A stretch of DNA of 63,032 nucleotides from Candidatus Gastranaerophilales bacterium. GTDB taxonomy: Bacteria > Cyanobacteriota > Vampirovibrionia > Gastranaerophilales > Gastranaerophilaceae. Of this stretch, positions 17,009 to 26,284 are shown one piece after another (position 1 is the stretch's first letter; each line of letters begins with the position of its first letter). The notes beneath the pieces were generated by a model. It saw nothing but the letters and a program-made list of their open reading frames with translations. It ran no database searches and had not been told where the DNA came from. Both the position numbers and the translations under genes were made by a program. The stretch covers positions 1 to 63,032 of the forward strand of contig CALUUV010000001.1 in assembly GCA_944324055.1 (NCBI GenBank), read 5' to 3'.

Positions 17009-17863
17009 TTAATCATTAAATTTAGGGTAAGAACCAAGGTGCTTAAAGGTTTTCACGTGTTGTAACAATTTAAACATTGTTTTTGATACTTTGTCATCTA
17101 AAACGTTTCCATCAAAATCAATATAGAAAGTATATTCTCCAAGAGACTTTCTAGAAGGTCTAGATGAAATGTATGTCATGTTAATATCGTTTTCTTTTAG
17201 GATTGTAAGAATATCGCACAATGTACCAGATTTATTTTCTGTAGAAAAAGTTATACTAGTTTTGTCATTATTAGTAGTTTTATTCTTTTCCGGGTATCCA
17301 ATTAGTATAAATCTTGTTTTATTAAATTTTTCATCATTGATATCAGTATCAAGCATTGGTTTATTATAAAAATTGGCAGAAAATTTGTTCCCAATAGCTG
17401 CAATCGTAGGGTCGTTTTCTGTCAAAGATCTAACAGCATTTGCCGTTGATGTTTCAGGCTCTAAAATAATATTGTCTTGAAATTTACTATATATATAATC
17501 ATAACATTGAGATAATGCTTGAGGGTGTGAAATTATCTTTTTTATCTGTGAAAAATCTTTTGCATATGTTACTAAACAGTGTTCAATTGAAACTACTGTT
17601 TCTCCAAGAATTTTTATATTAGAATCATTAATTCTAGAAAGATTATCAATCGTTTCTTTAACAGTACCTTCAATAGAGTTTTCTATTGGTAATACTGCTA
17701 AGTTTTTTTTATTTTCCCAGTTATTAATTTCAGAGATTACAGCAGTTATTGTTCTCATTGGCTTTTCAACATAGCCATCGAGATTAAAAGTTTTAATAAA
17801 CTGTTCTTTTGCAAAATCTGTATATGAAGTTTTTGGCCCTAAAAAATAAATTTGATTTTTCAT
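17009..17863 (-). CDS. pheA: prephenate dehydratase with C-terminal ACT domain
   Basis: PDT domain text (IYFLGPKTSYTDFA, AVLPIENSIEGTV, NKTRFILIG). ACT domain (TSITFSTENKSGTLCDILTILKENDINMTYISSRPS). 284 aa. Confidence 0.88.
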   Translation of the reverse strand: MKNQIYFLGPKTSYTDFAKEQFIKTFNLDGYVEKPMRTITAVISEINNWENKKNLAVLPIENSIEGTVKETIDNLSRINDSNIKILGETVVSIEHCLVTYAKDFSQIKKIISHPQALSQCYDYIYSKFQDNIILEPETSTANAVRSLTENDPTIAAIGNKFSANFYNKPMLDTDINDEKFNKTRFILIGYPEKNKTTNNDKTSITFSTENKSGTLCDILTILKENDINMTYISSRPSRKSLGEYTFYIDFDGNVLDDKVSKTMFKLLQHVKTFKHLGSYPKFND

Positions 17864-17938
17864 ATTGTTAATTATAGCAAATAAATTTGCAAAGATTTAA
17901 TCAACATTTATAATAAATTACATAAGGAGAATAGATAT

Positions 17939-18979
17939 ATGATAATAATTATGGAACCAGGGGCTACAGAAGCTCAGATTAGTAACGTAGTAAAACATTT
18001 AGAAGATAATGATTTTAGAATTAATATAAACTACGGGGAAGTCTTTACAGTAATAGCAGCTATTGGCGATAAACGTTTAGTACAGCCTCATTCCATAAAT
18101 TCATTTGATGGTGTAAGAGAGGTTAAATTAATTCAAGAACCTTTCAAACTTGCAAGTAGAGAAAGCAAAAAAGAAGACACTGTAATCGAATTTTCTAATG
18201 GTGTAAAAATTGGTGGTAATAATAAACCAGTTGTAATGGCTGGACCTTGTAGTGTTGAAGATGATTTTGATGCGTTGTTAGAAATTGCAACTGCCGTTAA
18301 AGAATCTGGTGCTGAAATCTTAAGAGGTGGAGCATTCAAACCAAGAACTTCACCATATGATTTCCAAGGTTTAGAGGAAAAAGGCTTAAAGTATTTAAGA
18401 GATGCTGCAGATAAAACTGGTCTTTTGGTAATTACTGAAGTAATGGATACATTAGATTTACCTTTAATTTGTGATTATGCTGATATAGTACAAGTTGGGG
18501 CAAGAAATATGCAGAACTTCAAACTATTAAAAGCAATAGGAAAGACTAATAAACCTGTTATGTTGAAACGTGGCCCATCTGCAGGTATTAGAGAATTTTT
18601 ATTAGCTGCAGAGCATATTATGTATAACGGAAATGAGAATGTTATATTATGTGAACGTGGTATAAAAGGTTTCGATTCAAACTATACACGTAATACTTTA
18701 GATTTAGCAGCAGTGCCTGTAATAAAAAAATATTCTCATTTACCAATAATAGTAGATCCAAGTCACGCAACAGGTAAAAGATATTTAATTGAACCAATGT
18801 CAAAGGCTGCTGTTGTTGCTGGGGCTCACGGTTTGATGGTTGAAGTTCATAACAATCCTGATAAAGCTTATTCCGATGGCGCTCAAAGTTTGACTATTCA
18901 ACAATTTAAAACATTAATGGCTCATTTATCTGCACTTGTAAAAGTTTTAGATGAAAGCAGAGACTTAATAGTTGTATAA
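17939..18979 (+). CDS. aroF: 3-deoxy-7-phosphoheptulonate (DAHP) synthase, type I-beta with N-terminal regulatory domain
   Basis: Barrel motifs AGPCSVE, GAFKPRTSPYDFQGL, QVGARNMQNF and IVDPSHATG. The N-terminal ~70 aa form a ferredoxin-like domain, as in Thermotoga-type enzymes. Divergent from pheA. Confidence 0.9.
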   Translation: MIIIMEPGATEAQISNVVKHLEDNDFRININYGEVFTVIAAIGDKRLVQPHSINSFDGVREVKLIQEPFKLASRESKKEDTVIEFSNGVKIGGNNKPVVMAGPCSVEDDFDALLEIATAVKESGAEILRGGAFKPRTSPYDFQGLEEKGLKYLRDAADKTGLLVITEVMDTLDLPLICDYADIVQVGARNMQNFKLLKAIGKTNKPVMLKRGPSAGIREFLLAAEHIMYNGNENVILCERGIKGFDSNYTRNTLDLAAVPVIKKYSHLPIIVDPSHATGKRYLIEPMSKAAVVAGAHGLMVEVHNNPDKAYSDGAQSLTIQQFKTLMAHLSALVKVLDESRDLIVV

Positions 18980-18991
18980 GCCATATTTTAC

Positions 18992-19020
18992 TTGAAATAT
19001 TTAATATAATTTAGTACAAT
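18992..19020 (+). promoter_or_regulatory. sigma70-type promoter TTGAAA-17-TACAAT
   Basis: -35 TTGAAA (18992-18997), a 17-nt spacer, and -10 TACAAT (19015-19020). It lies 42 nt upstream of the transporter ATG at 19062. Confidence 0.5.
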
Positions 19021-19061
19021 ATTTGAGTAATTATTGGTTATGTTATGAGAGGATTTATCGA

Positions 19062-20384
19062 ATGAAATTACACATGCAAGTGCTAATTGCCCTAGGTCTA
19101 GGTTTTAAAAGAAATTGGCACATATTCTTTGGTTTAGTAGCCGGTGTTTTAGTAGGTGCACTATTACATACTCATTCGAATCCATTTGTAATAAATGTAT
19201 TGACTTTTGTTGGTCAATTATTTATCAGATTGATTCAAATGGTTGTTATTCCGTTAGTTATTTCCGCAATAGTTATTGGTATAACAAGTGTTGGTGATAA
19301 TAAACAACTTGGCAAATTTGGTAAAAAAATGGTTTTATATTATGGGATAATTACCATTGCTGCAGTTGTTATCGGTGCGTTTTTAGCATTAGCATTTAAA
19401 CCTGGTTTGGGTGCTGCACATTATATTAATTCTGATGTTGCAGTAGGTATCCAATCACAAGTTTCTCATACTATTGAGGTTCAAAAAGATAACTTATTGA
19501 ATATTTTCTTAGGATTTATTCCTAAAAATCCATTAGAATCGATTGCTAAAGGTGATATGGTTCCAATTATAGTATTTGCATTGATATTCTCAATTGCATT
19601 AGCAAAAGTTGGAGATGTTAATCGTTCTATTGTATCTTTCTTTGAATCAGTTTTTGCAGCTACAATGAAAGTTACTGATTGGATTATGTTCTTTGCTGCA
19701 CCTGGTGTATTTGCATTGACTGCAGTTTCTGTATCTTCATTTGGTATAGATATATTCTCGAGTATTTCTAAATATTTGTTAGTATTGGCGATAGGTTTTG
19801 GCTTACAACTATTTGTTGTTTATCCATTATTCTTAAAAGTATTTTCAAAAGTTCCAATATTAATGTTATACGCAGCTATTGCTGAAGCTATGATGGTTGC
19901 TTTTGGTACTGCAAGTTCTTCTGCAACATTACCTTTAACAATCGCTTGTTGCGAAAAGAGAGGTATTTCTCATAAAGTTTCAAGCTTTGTATTACCTCTA
20001 GGTGCTACTTTAAGTATGGATGGTACTGCGTTATTACAAACAGTTGCAGTTATCTTCTTAACTCAAGCTTATGGTGTTGCTTTAACTCCATTCTTAATTA
20101 TTCAAATTGCATTGTTAGCAATTGTTGCATCAAGTACTTGTGCTGGTATCCCTGGAGCTGGTTTAATAACTATTGCTTTAATATTAAATGGTATGGGATT
20201 ATCTCCAGAACAATTAGTTGCAGGTTTCGCATTCTTATTTACAATAGAAAGATTGACAGATATGATGAGAACCTTAATCAATGTTACATCAGATGCTGTT
20301 GTTGCGGCAGCTATTGCTGATAATGAAAATGAAATTAATTATGATTTATTAACTAATCCATCATCTTATAACGAGATTATTTAA
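19062..20384 (+). CDS. dicarboxylate/amino acid:cation symporter (DAACS/GltP family)
   Basis: Family motifs GTASSSATLPLT (reentrant hairpin), AGIPGAG, and DMMRTLINVTSD (the DRxRT..NV.GD equivalent). Start is set at the ATG at 19062, which has SD GAGGA; the track ORF begins at an upstream TTG. Confidence 0.88.
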   Translation: MKLHMQVLIALGLGFKRNWHIFFGLVAGVLVGALLHTHSNPFVINVLTFVGQLFIRLIQMVVIPLVISAIVIGITSVGDNKQLGKFGKKMVLYYGIITIAAVVIGAFLALAFKPGLGAAHYINSDVAVGIQSQVSHTIEVQKDNLLNIFLGFIPKNPLESIAKGDMVPIIVFALIFSIALAKVGDVNRSIVSFFESVFAATMKVTDWIMFFAAPGVFALTAVSVSSFGIDIFSSISKYLLVLAIGFGLQLFVVYPLFLKVFSKVPILMLYAAIAEAMMVAFGTASSSATLPLTIACCEKRGISHKVSSFVLPLGATLSMDGTALLQTVAVIFLTQAYGVALTPFLIIQIALLAIVASSTCAGIPGAGLITIALILNGMGLSPEQLVAGFAFLFTIERLTDMMRTLINVTSDAVVAAAIADNENEINYDLLTNPSSYNEII

Positions 20385-20401
20385 TTAAAATTGTATAAAC
20401 T

Positions 20402-20437
20402 AAAAAGTCCTCAAGATAAATTTCTTGAGGACTTTTT
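20402..20437. terminator. bidirectional rho-independent terminator
   Basis: Perfect 15-bp stem AAAAAGTCCTCAAGA / TCTTGAGGACTTTTT with a 6-nt loop, between convergent genes ending at 20384 and 20450. Confidence 0.85.
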
Positions 20438-20449
20438 TATAAAAAATAT

Positions 20450-21208
20450 TTATTCGATGATTCTTTTGTTTAATTTTAAAATTGCACTGTGTCTTGATGT
20501 AGTACAGTTTTCTTTTCTGTAAGAGAAGAACAAATTGTTATTACAACTTGTGCAGTAAGGACAAACATCAATATTTTCTCTAGGAACACCAATATCAAGA
20601 AACTGTTGTTTGTTTATACCTTTTAAATCAACATAGATTTTATCATATACAGTTGTATAGTATGGTGTAATATCTTCCACTGTCTCTTTTAATTGGTTAT
20701 AAACATCTTCTCCTACTGAATAACAGCAAATTGCAATTGTAGGTCCGATTACTATATATAAATCTTCTGGTTGAGATAGATATTTTTCTTGCATTAGTTC
20801 AAATGTTTTGGGACCAATTTTTGCAACGGTTCCTCTCCAACCAGCATGTGCAATTGCTCCAACATTATGTTTTTTATCATATAAAATAATAGGAGTACAA
20901 TCTGCAAAGTTTAGATATACTGCTTGTTCATAATTATCTAAAATTAAAGCATCAGTATTAGGGTATGCTTCTAGTGTTTTATTTGCAATTCTAACATTTG
21001 CAGAATGTGTTTGAGTTGGTGATACCAATCTCATTGTATCTATATCAAGATATGCACATATATCTATTTTATTTTGTTTTATAGTGTCTTGTAAGTATTC
21101 TTCTTGCGACCTGATAACAGTTTCTCTAGTTGTAAAGAAATGTTCTGCTTCAGGAATTAAATCAGAATATATTACGCCTTTTTTATTTATGAATTTAACG
21201 TGAAACAT
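20450..21208 (-). CDS. pgeF: peptidoglycan editing factor PgeF (YfiH/polyphenol-oxidase-like family)
   Basis: YfiH motifs TQTHSANV, FADCTPIILYD, HAGWRGT and CPYCT. Start could be the ATG at 21208 or the TTG at 21244. Confidence 0.85.
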   Translation of the reverse strand: MFHVKFINKKGVIYSDLIPEAEHFFTTRETVIRSQEEYLQDTIKQNKIDICAYLDIDTMRLVSPTQTHSANVRIANKTLEAYPNTDALILDNYEQAVYLNFADCTPIILYDKKHNVGAIAHAGWRGTVAKIGPKTFELMQEKYLSQPEDLYIVIGPTIAICCYSVGEDVYNQLKETVEDITPYYTTVYDKIYVDLKGINKQQFLDIGVPRENIDVCPYCTSCNNNLFFSYRKENCTTSRHSAILKLNKRIIE

Positions 21209-21328
21209 ATCATCATCGTAGAATAAAATATTAAAAATGTACAATACTTTTTCTAGAGTAAATTTACATTGAATTTTATTTGATATACAATCAAATTAAA
21301 GGGCAATATAAGAAAAGAAGGGGTTTAT

Positions 21329-23809
21329 ATGAAGGTTTCATTAAATTGGTTAAATGAATTAGTTGACTTAAGAGATATAGAAGTTGAAAGAATAGCTCAT
21401 GAATTGACTATGAGTGGTTTAGAAGTAGAGTGTGTTGAAGAACTTAAGCCTCAATTTTCTAATATTGTAACAGCAAGAATTGAAAAAATAGATAACCATC
21501 CAAATGCAGATAAATTGCATTTAGTAACAATAAATAATGGCTCTGGTTTAAAAACAGTTGTTTGTGGCGCTCAAAATATTCAAGAAGGACAAATTATTCC
21601 TTATGCTTCTGTTGGAAGTAATGTATTAGATAGAAAAACTGGCGAACAATTTACATTAACACCTGCAACTATAAGAGGCGTAGAATCTCAAGGTATGTTA
21701 TGTTCTGATGATGAGTTAGGTGTTGCTGATAGAAATTATCAAGAAGAAGATGGTATTTTAATCTTAAATAGGTTATTCCCTAATGTTGAAATAGGTCAAA
21801 ACGTTGAGGATGTTTTAGGTTTTGAAAAAGACATGATTTTGGATGTTGCTCCAACTGCAAATAGAGGAGACCAATTGTCAGTTGTTGGTGTTGCCAGAGA
21901 ATTATCTGCAATTTTTGATAGACCTTTAAAGTTCTCTTATTTAATCCCTACAAGAGATTGCTCAACAGATGCATTCAAAGTTGAGATTAAAGATAATGAT
22001 GTTTGTAAATATTATTCAATTGGTTTGTTAAGCGACGTTGTAATAAAACCATCTCCAGATTGGATGCAAAAACGTTTAATCGCATCAGGAATGCGTCCTA
22101 TAAATAATGTTGTTGATATAACAAATTATGTTTTATTAGAATATGGAACTCCATTACATGCTTTTGATAGAGATAAATTAAATGGTTATCTATGTGTAAG
22201 AAGAGCTCAAAATGGTGAAAAACTTATTACTTTAGATGAAGTAGAAAGAGAATTAACAACAGATACAGTATTAATTGCAACAGAAAAAGAAGGAGTTTGT
22301 GCTGCAGGTGTATTTGGTGGTGCTAACTCAGAAATTGATGATAATACTAAAAATATTGCATTAGAAGCAGCATATTTCCCAGCACCAACAACAAGAAAGA
22401 GTGCTAGAAGTATCGGTTACAGATCAGATGCAAGTGCAAGATTTGAGCATGGTATTGATATAGAAGCTGTAAAACCTGGCTTAATGCGTGCAATGCAATT
22501 ATTGAACGAGTATGCAAATGCTCAAGTTGAAGGAATTGTTGAAACTGGGGTTAATAAACTTGATCCAATTGAAATAACATTAAGATTTTCACAAGTTAAA
22601 AAATTATTAGGTTTATCAATCGAACCAAGTAAATGTGTTACTATTCTTGAACGTTTAGGATTCAAAAAACTTGGTGGAAATGATTTAGCTGCAAAATTTG
22701 AAGTTCCATCTTTCAGAGCAAATGATGTTACAAGAGAAGTTGATTTAATAGAAGAAATCGCAAGAATTAATGGTTATGATAAAATTGCTCCAACATTACC
22801 TAATAAATCATCAACTCCAGTAATTACATTAGAAGAAAGAACAAAGAAAAAAATCCACGAAATAATGTTATCATCAGGACTTGATGAATTAGTTACTCCA
22901 TCTTTAATTGGAGAACCATTATTAAAACAATTTGATATTATTTATAATCCAGAAACTGCAGTAAAAGTTGAATATCCTGCAAGTGAAGAATATACAATGT
23001 TGCGTCAAACAATGGCAGCAAGTTTATTGAATTGTATGAAATATAATTATGATAATGGTCAAAAAGTATTTTGGGGTTATGAATTTGGAAAAATTTATCA
23101 TAAAGTTTCAGAAGCCAATGAAAAAGATGCTGGTGTAAAAGAAACACAAGTATTAGAAGGTGTTATAACTGGTGTAAAAGAACATTCTAAATGGCAATCA
23201 ACAGGAGAAGTTGATTTCTTCACAGTTAAAGGTATTGTTGAAAATCTAATGGATGAATTAGGTTTGTCAAAAAGAATTAAGCTTACAACATTGGCAGAAT
23301 CACCTTTAGCTGATACTCATAAAACATTACATCCATATAGAACTGCAGTAATGTTATTGTTAGGTAAACAACCTGAAGTTATTGGTTATTATGGACAAAT
23401 TAATCCTGAATTGAGAGATAAATTAAAAATGAAACAGGATGCATTTCTATTTAAAGTAGATTTAGATATGGTATTCAATAATATTAACGAAACGGTACCT
23501 CGTTATAAGAAGTTACCACAATTCCCTGAGGTTCAAAGGGATTTAGCTATGATTATTCCAAATGATATTTCTTATGCGGATATTGAAAAAGCTATTAAGA
23601 AAGGTGTTAACAATAACTTATTCAATGGTTGTGATATTTTTGATATCTATCAAGGTGAACATGTTCAAGATGGATTCAAAAGTATTGCTTGTAGAATTAA
23701 AATGTTAGATCCTAATACAACATTGACAGATGATACAATTGAAACACAAATGGCAAATGTAAGAGCTAACTTGAAAAAGACTTTTGCTGAATTATCATTT
23801 AGAGAATAA
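21329..23809 (+). CDS. pheT: phenylalanine--tRNA ligase beta subunit
   Basis: N-terminal tRNA-binding OB domain (HPNADKLHLVTINNG...VVCGAQN), then B3/4, B5 (IEITLRFSQVKKLLG) and the C-terminal FDX-ACB domain. 826 aa. No pheS is adjacent. Confidence 0.95.
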   Translation: MKVSLNWLNELVDLRDIEVERIAHELTMSGLEVECVEELKPQFSNIVTARIEKIDNHPNADKLHLVTINNGSGLKTVVCGAQNIQEGQIIPYASVGSNVLDRKTGEQFTLTPATIRGVESQGMLCSDDELGVADRNYQEEDGILILNRLFPNVEIGQNVEDVLGFEKDMILDVAPTANRGDQLSVVGVARELSAIFDRPLKFSYLIPTRDCSTDAFKVEIKDNDVCKYYSIGLLSDVVIKPSPDWMQKRLIASGMRPINNVVDITNYVLLEYGTPLHAFDRDKLNGYLCVRRAQNGEKLITLDEVERELTTDTVLIATEKEGVCAAGVFGGANSEIDDNTKNIALEAAYFPAPTTRKSARSIGYRSDASARFEHGIDIEAVKPGLMRAMQLLNEYANAQVEGIVETGVNKLDPIEITLRFSQVKKLLGLSIEPSKCVTILERLGFKKLGGNDLAAKFEVPSFRANDVTREVDLIEEIARINGYDKIAPTLPNKSSTPVITLEERTKKKIHEIMLSSGLDELVTPSLIGEPLLKQFDIIYNPETAVKVEYPASEEYTMLRQTMAASLLNCMKYNYDNGQKVFWGYEFGKIYHKVSEANEKDAGVKETQVLEGVITGVKEHSKWQSTGEVDFFTVKGIVENLMDELGLSKRIKLTTLAESPLADTHKTLHPYRTAVMLLLGKQPEVIGYYGQINPELRDKLKMKQDAFLFKVDLDMVFNNINETVPRYKKLPQFPEVQRDLAMIIPNDISYADIEKAIKKGVNNNLFNGCDIFDIYQGEHVQDGFKSIACRIKMLDPNTTLTDDTIETQMANVRANLKKTFAELSFRE

Positions 23810-23827
23810 TTTAATAGGACATATGCT

Positions 23828-24466
23828 ATGAAGAAAATCTTAATAAGCTTGTTATTTGTATTATTAATGTCATTACAAGCATTTGCTGATATTGTTCCAT
23901 ATAGAGTTAATGATGTTCCTGCTGGAACTTTAGGAGTATATCAGCCTACAAATGGTATTAAGTTGTATGCAAAACCAGATTTAAGTTCAAAAGTTTTATT
24001 TGAAAAAAAATGGTCTTATTTAAATGTGTTATCTACTGATTATGTTGATAATTTATTTGCAATATTGTTGCCTAAAAAAGAATTATCTTTTGTTTATGCA
24101 ACGGACATGGATGAAGATTTTGTTCAAGTTTTTTATGATAAAACGAATAAATCTTTAGGCTGGGCTTATAAAGAGGATAATTTCCAATTTTTACCTTGGA
24201 TTACATTTTATAACATGTATGGAAGAAAATATGGCTTAAAATTATTAAAAGATGCTCCAAATACAGTTTTAAATGTACATTCTAGAAGTGATATTAATTC
24301 TCAAATTATAGGTAAGTTAAATAGACCTAAAGAAATAAGATTAACAACAATTCAAGGTAACTGGGCTTTGGTAACAGTTTTAAATATTGATAATAAAGTT
24401 GATACAGGTTTTATCCAATGGAGAGGTGAAAATGGTGAACTTTATTACTTCCCATCTATTAAATAA
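23828..24466 (+). CDS. hypothetical secreted protein, possible SH3b-like C-terminal domain
   Basis: Signal peptide MKKILISLLFVLLMSLQAFA. The C-terminus VHSRSDINSQIIGKLNRPKEIRLTTIQGNWALVTV...GFIQW resembles bacterial SH3 domains. Confidence 0.5.
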   Translation: MKKILISLLFVLLMSLQAFADIVPYRVNDVPAGTLGVYQPTNGIKLYAKPDLSSKVLFEKKWSYLNVLSTDYVDNLFAILLPKKELSFVYATDMDEDFVQVFYDKTNKSLGWAYKEDNFQFLPWITFYNMYGRKYGLKLLKDAPNTVLNVHSRSDINSQIIGKLNRPKEIRLTTIQGNWALVTVLNIDNKVDTGFIQWRGENGELYYFPSIK

Positions 24467-24895
24467 TTAGTTAACAGGAACTTTAATAACAAGTTTTCTT
24501 ACATGGTGAACTTCATTATTAATAGATATTGATGGTTTGTGAGCATTCTCAGGGTATAAGATAAGAAAATCTCCTGTTTTCATTTCAATATCGTCCCAAG
24601 AATTTGCAGTTAAGAATTCTATATCTTTATCTTCATCATAAGCAATTTCTGTTGTGCAATTTTTATAGTCACAAACACTAATTTTTTCTTGTCCGGCTAA
24701 CATAAATTGAATATCAATATATTTGCGATGAGCTTCAAAAAGTGCATCTTCTTTTGTGTAGTAAGTTTGAAGATTTGCCCATATTTCATTATCAATATTA
24801 ATCTTTCCATCTGGAATATTATTAAAATTAGTGTTTTTTAAGTATTCAATTGCTTTTTGTATTTTTGGATTATTTTCATTAATTAAATTTTTCAT
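24467..24895 (-). CDS. YhcH/YjgK/YiaL family (DUF386) cupin-like protein
   Basis: 142 aa. Family text EAHRKYIDIQFMLAGQEKISV and DFLILYPENAHKPS. Its stop codon directly abuts the stop of the convergent upstream gene. Confidence 0.75.
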   Translation of the reverse strand: MKNLINENNPKIQKAIEYLKNTNFNNIPDGKINIDNEIWANLQTYYTKEDALFEAHRKYIDIQFMLAGQEKISVCDYKNCTTEIAYDEDKDIEFLTANSWDDIEMKTGDFLILYPENAHKPSISINNEVHHVRKLVIKVPVN

Positions 24896-24918
24896 ATAAT
24901 AATTTTAATACAAAAAAA

Positions 24919-24947
24919 TTGACAATAAAATATACCTTTGGTATATT
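24919..24947 (+). promoter_or_regulatory. near-consensus sigma70 promoter TTGACA-17-TATATT for the efflux operon
   Basis: -35 TTGACA (24919-24924), an exact 17-nt spacer, and -10 TATATT (24942-24947). It overlaps a cluster of TACTAATA-type repeats (see findings). Confidence 0.55.
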
Positions 24948-25069
24948 AGTAGAAAAATATACTAATAGAAAATTCTACTAATAGATTTGATATTACAAAA
25001 TATTAAAAAAGTGCCATTGAATTTATCTATAATATAATTCATGTAGATAGATTATACTTGGGAGAGATT

Positions 25070-26284
25070 ATGCGAAAAAAGATAATAATAATAGTATGTA
25101 TTGTTTTTGGTGCAATACTTTTCAGATATTTATTTACATCATTGATGACTTATCTTGCACAAGAGAAGAGAAAGGCATCTTTAGTTCCGCCTGTAACAGT
25201 TGTAACTGTTACGCAAACTGAAAAACAAAAGAGCTTTGAGGTTCCAGCACGTGTTGTTTCAAAATCTCAAATTCAAGTAAATGCTAGAATTAGTGGTTAT
25301 TTGACTAAGAGCTATTTTAAAGAAGGTGATTATGTTAAAGCTGGTCAAGTTTTATTTGAAATAGAACCCCAAGAATACGTATTAGCAGCCCAACGTGCTA
25401 GAGCTGATGTAGAGAGAGTAAGAGCACAACAACTTTATTATGATAAACAAGCAATAAGGGCTCAAAAACTTGTACAGAAAGATTATATTGCTCGTTCTGA
25501 ATATGATAATGCAGTATCACAAAGAGATGCATATCGAGCTCAAACAGTATATGCAGAAATGGCATATCGTGATGCAATGAGAAATTTATCATACACTCAA
25601 GTAAAAGCTCCTGTTTCAGGAAGAGTTGGGATTATATCAGTAACAGTAGGTAACTATGTAACATTAAATTCTGGAGCTTTAACTACTATTTATAGTACAA
25701 AACCTATGTATGTTACATTCCCATTGGAAATGCAACAATATTCTACACTAACAAGTATTGATGGTGGAGATGCTCATATAAATAGAAAAGTTGAGTATAT
25801 CTTCAGTAATGGTGATAAATATGATAAACCAGGTATCCAAGATTTCAGAGATAACAAGGTTGATGAATCAACTGGTACAATCAAAATGCGTGCTACATTT
25901 GCAAATGAAGATGATGCTTTGATTTCTGGAGATTTTGGAAGAATTATAATTTATTCTAATAAAATGGCAAAAGTACCTACAATACCATCTAAAGCAATAC
26001 AAGAAAATCAAGAAGGTAAGTATGTTTATGTATTAGATGAAAAAGGTTTGCCAAAACTTGTACATATAAAAACTCAAGGCCAAGATGGTGATAATACACT
26101 TGTATCAGAGGGATTAGAAATAGGACAACAAGTTTTAACAACTGGTATTCAAAAGGTAATTCCTGGAACTCCTGTTAGAATCGTTCAGGAGGAAGTTGTA
26201 GAAGAAGCTCCTGTTGTAAAACAGAATATTTTTCAAAAAATATTTAATAAAATAAATAAAATTTTAAAACGAGGTAAAAATTAA
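25070..26284 (+). CDS. efflux RND transporter periplasmic adaptor (MFP) subunit
   Basis: N-terminal anchor helix, a lipoyl-like motif (GDYVKAGQVLFEIEPQEY), an alpha-hairpin coiled coil, and beta-barrel text (YTQVKAPVSGRVG). ATG at 25070 follows SD GGGAGAG. Confidence 0.9.
   Translation: MRKKIIIIVCIVFGAILFRYLFTSLMTYLAQEKRKASLVPPVTVVTVTQTEKQKSFEVPARVVSKSQIQVNARISGYLTKSYFKEGDYVKAGQVLFEIEPQEYVLAAQRARADVERVRAQQLYYDKQAIRAQKLVQKDYIARSEYDNAVSQRDAYRAQTVYAEMAYRDAMRNLSYTQVKAPVSGRVGIISVTVGNYVTLNSGALTTIYSTKPMYVTFPLEMQQYSTLTSIDGGDAHINRKVEYIFSNGDKYDKPGIQDFRDNKVDESTGTIKMRATFANEDDALISGDFGRIIIYSNKMAKVPTIPSKAIQENQEGKYVYVLDEKGLPKLVHIKTQGQDGDNTLVSEGLEIGQQVLTTGIQKVIPGTPVRIVQEEVVEEAPVVKQNIFQKIFNKINKILKRGKN

Noticed and set aside
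21245-21328. T-box leaders upstream of the aminoacyl-tRNA synthetase genes (pheT here; also metG at 6542-6584 and serS at 31049-31115)
   Set aside because: The leaders are only 43-84 nt, far too short for a T-box (~200 nt or more), and I saw no conserved T-box sequence.
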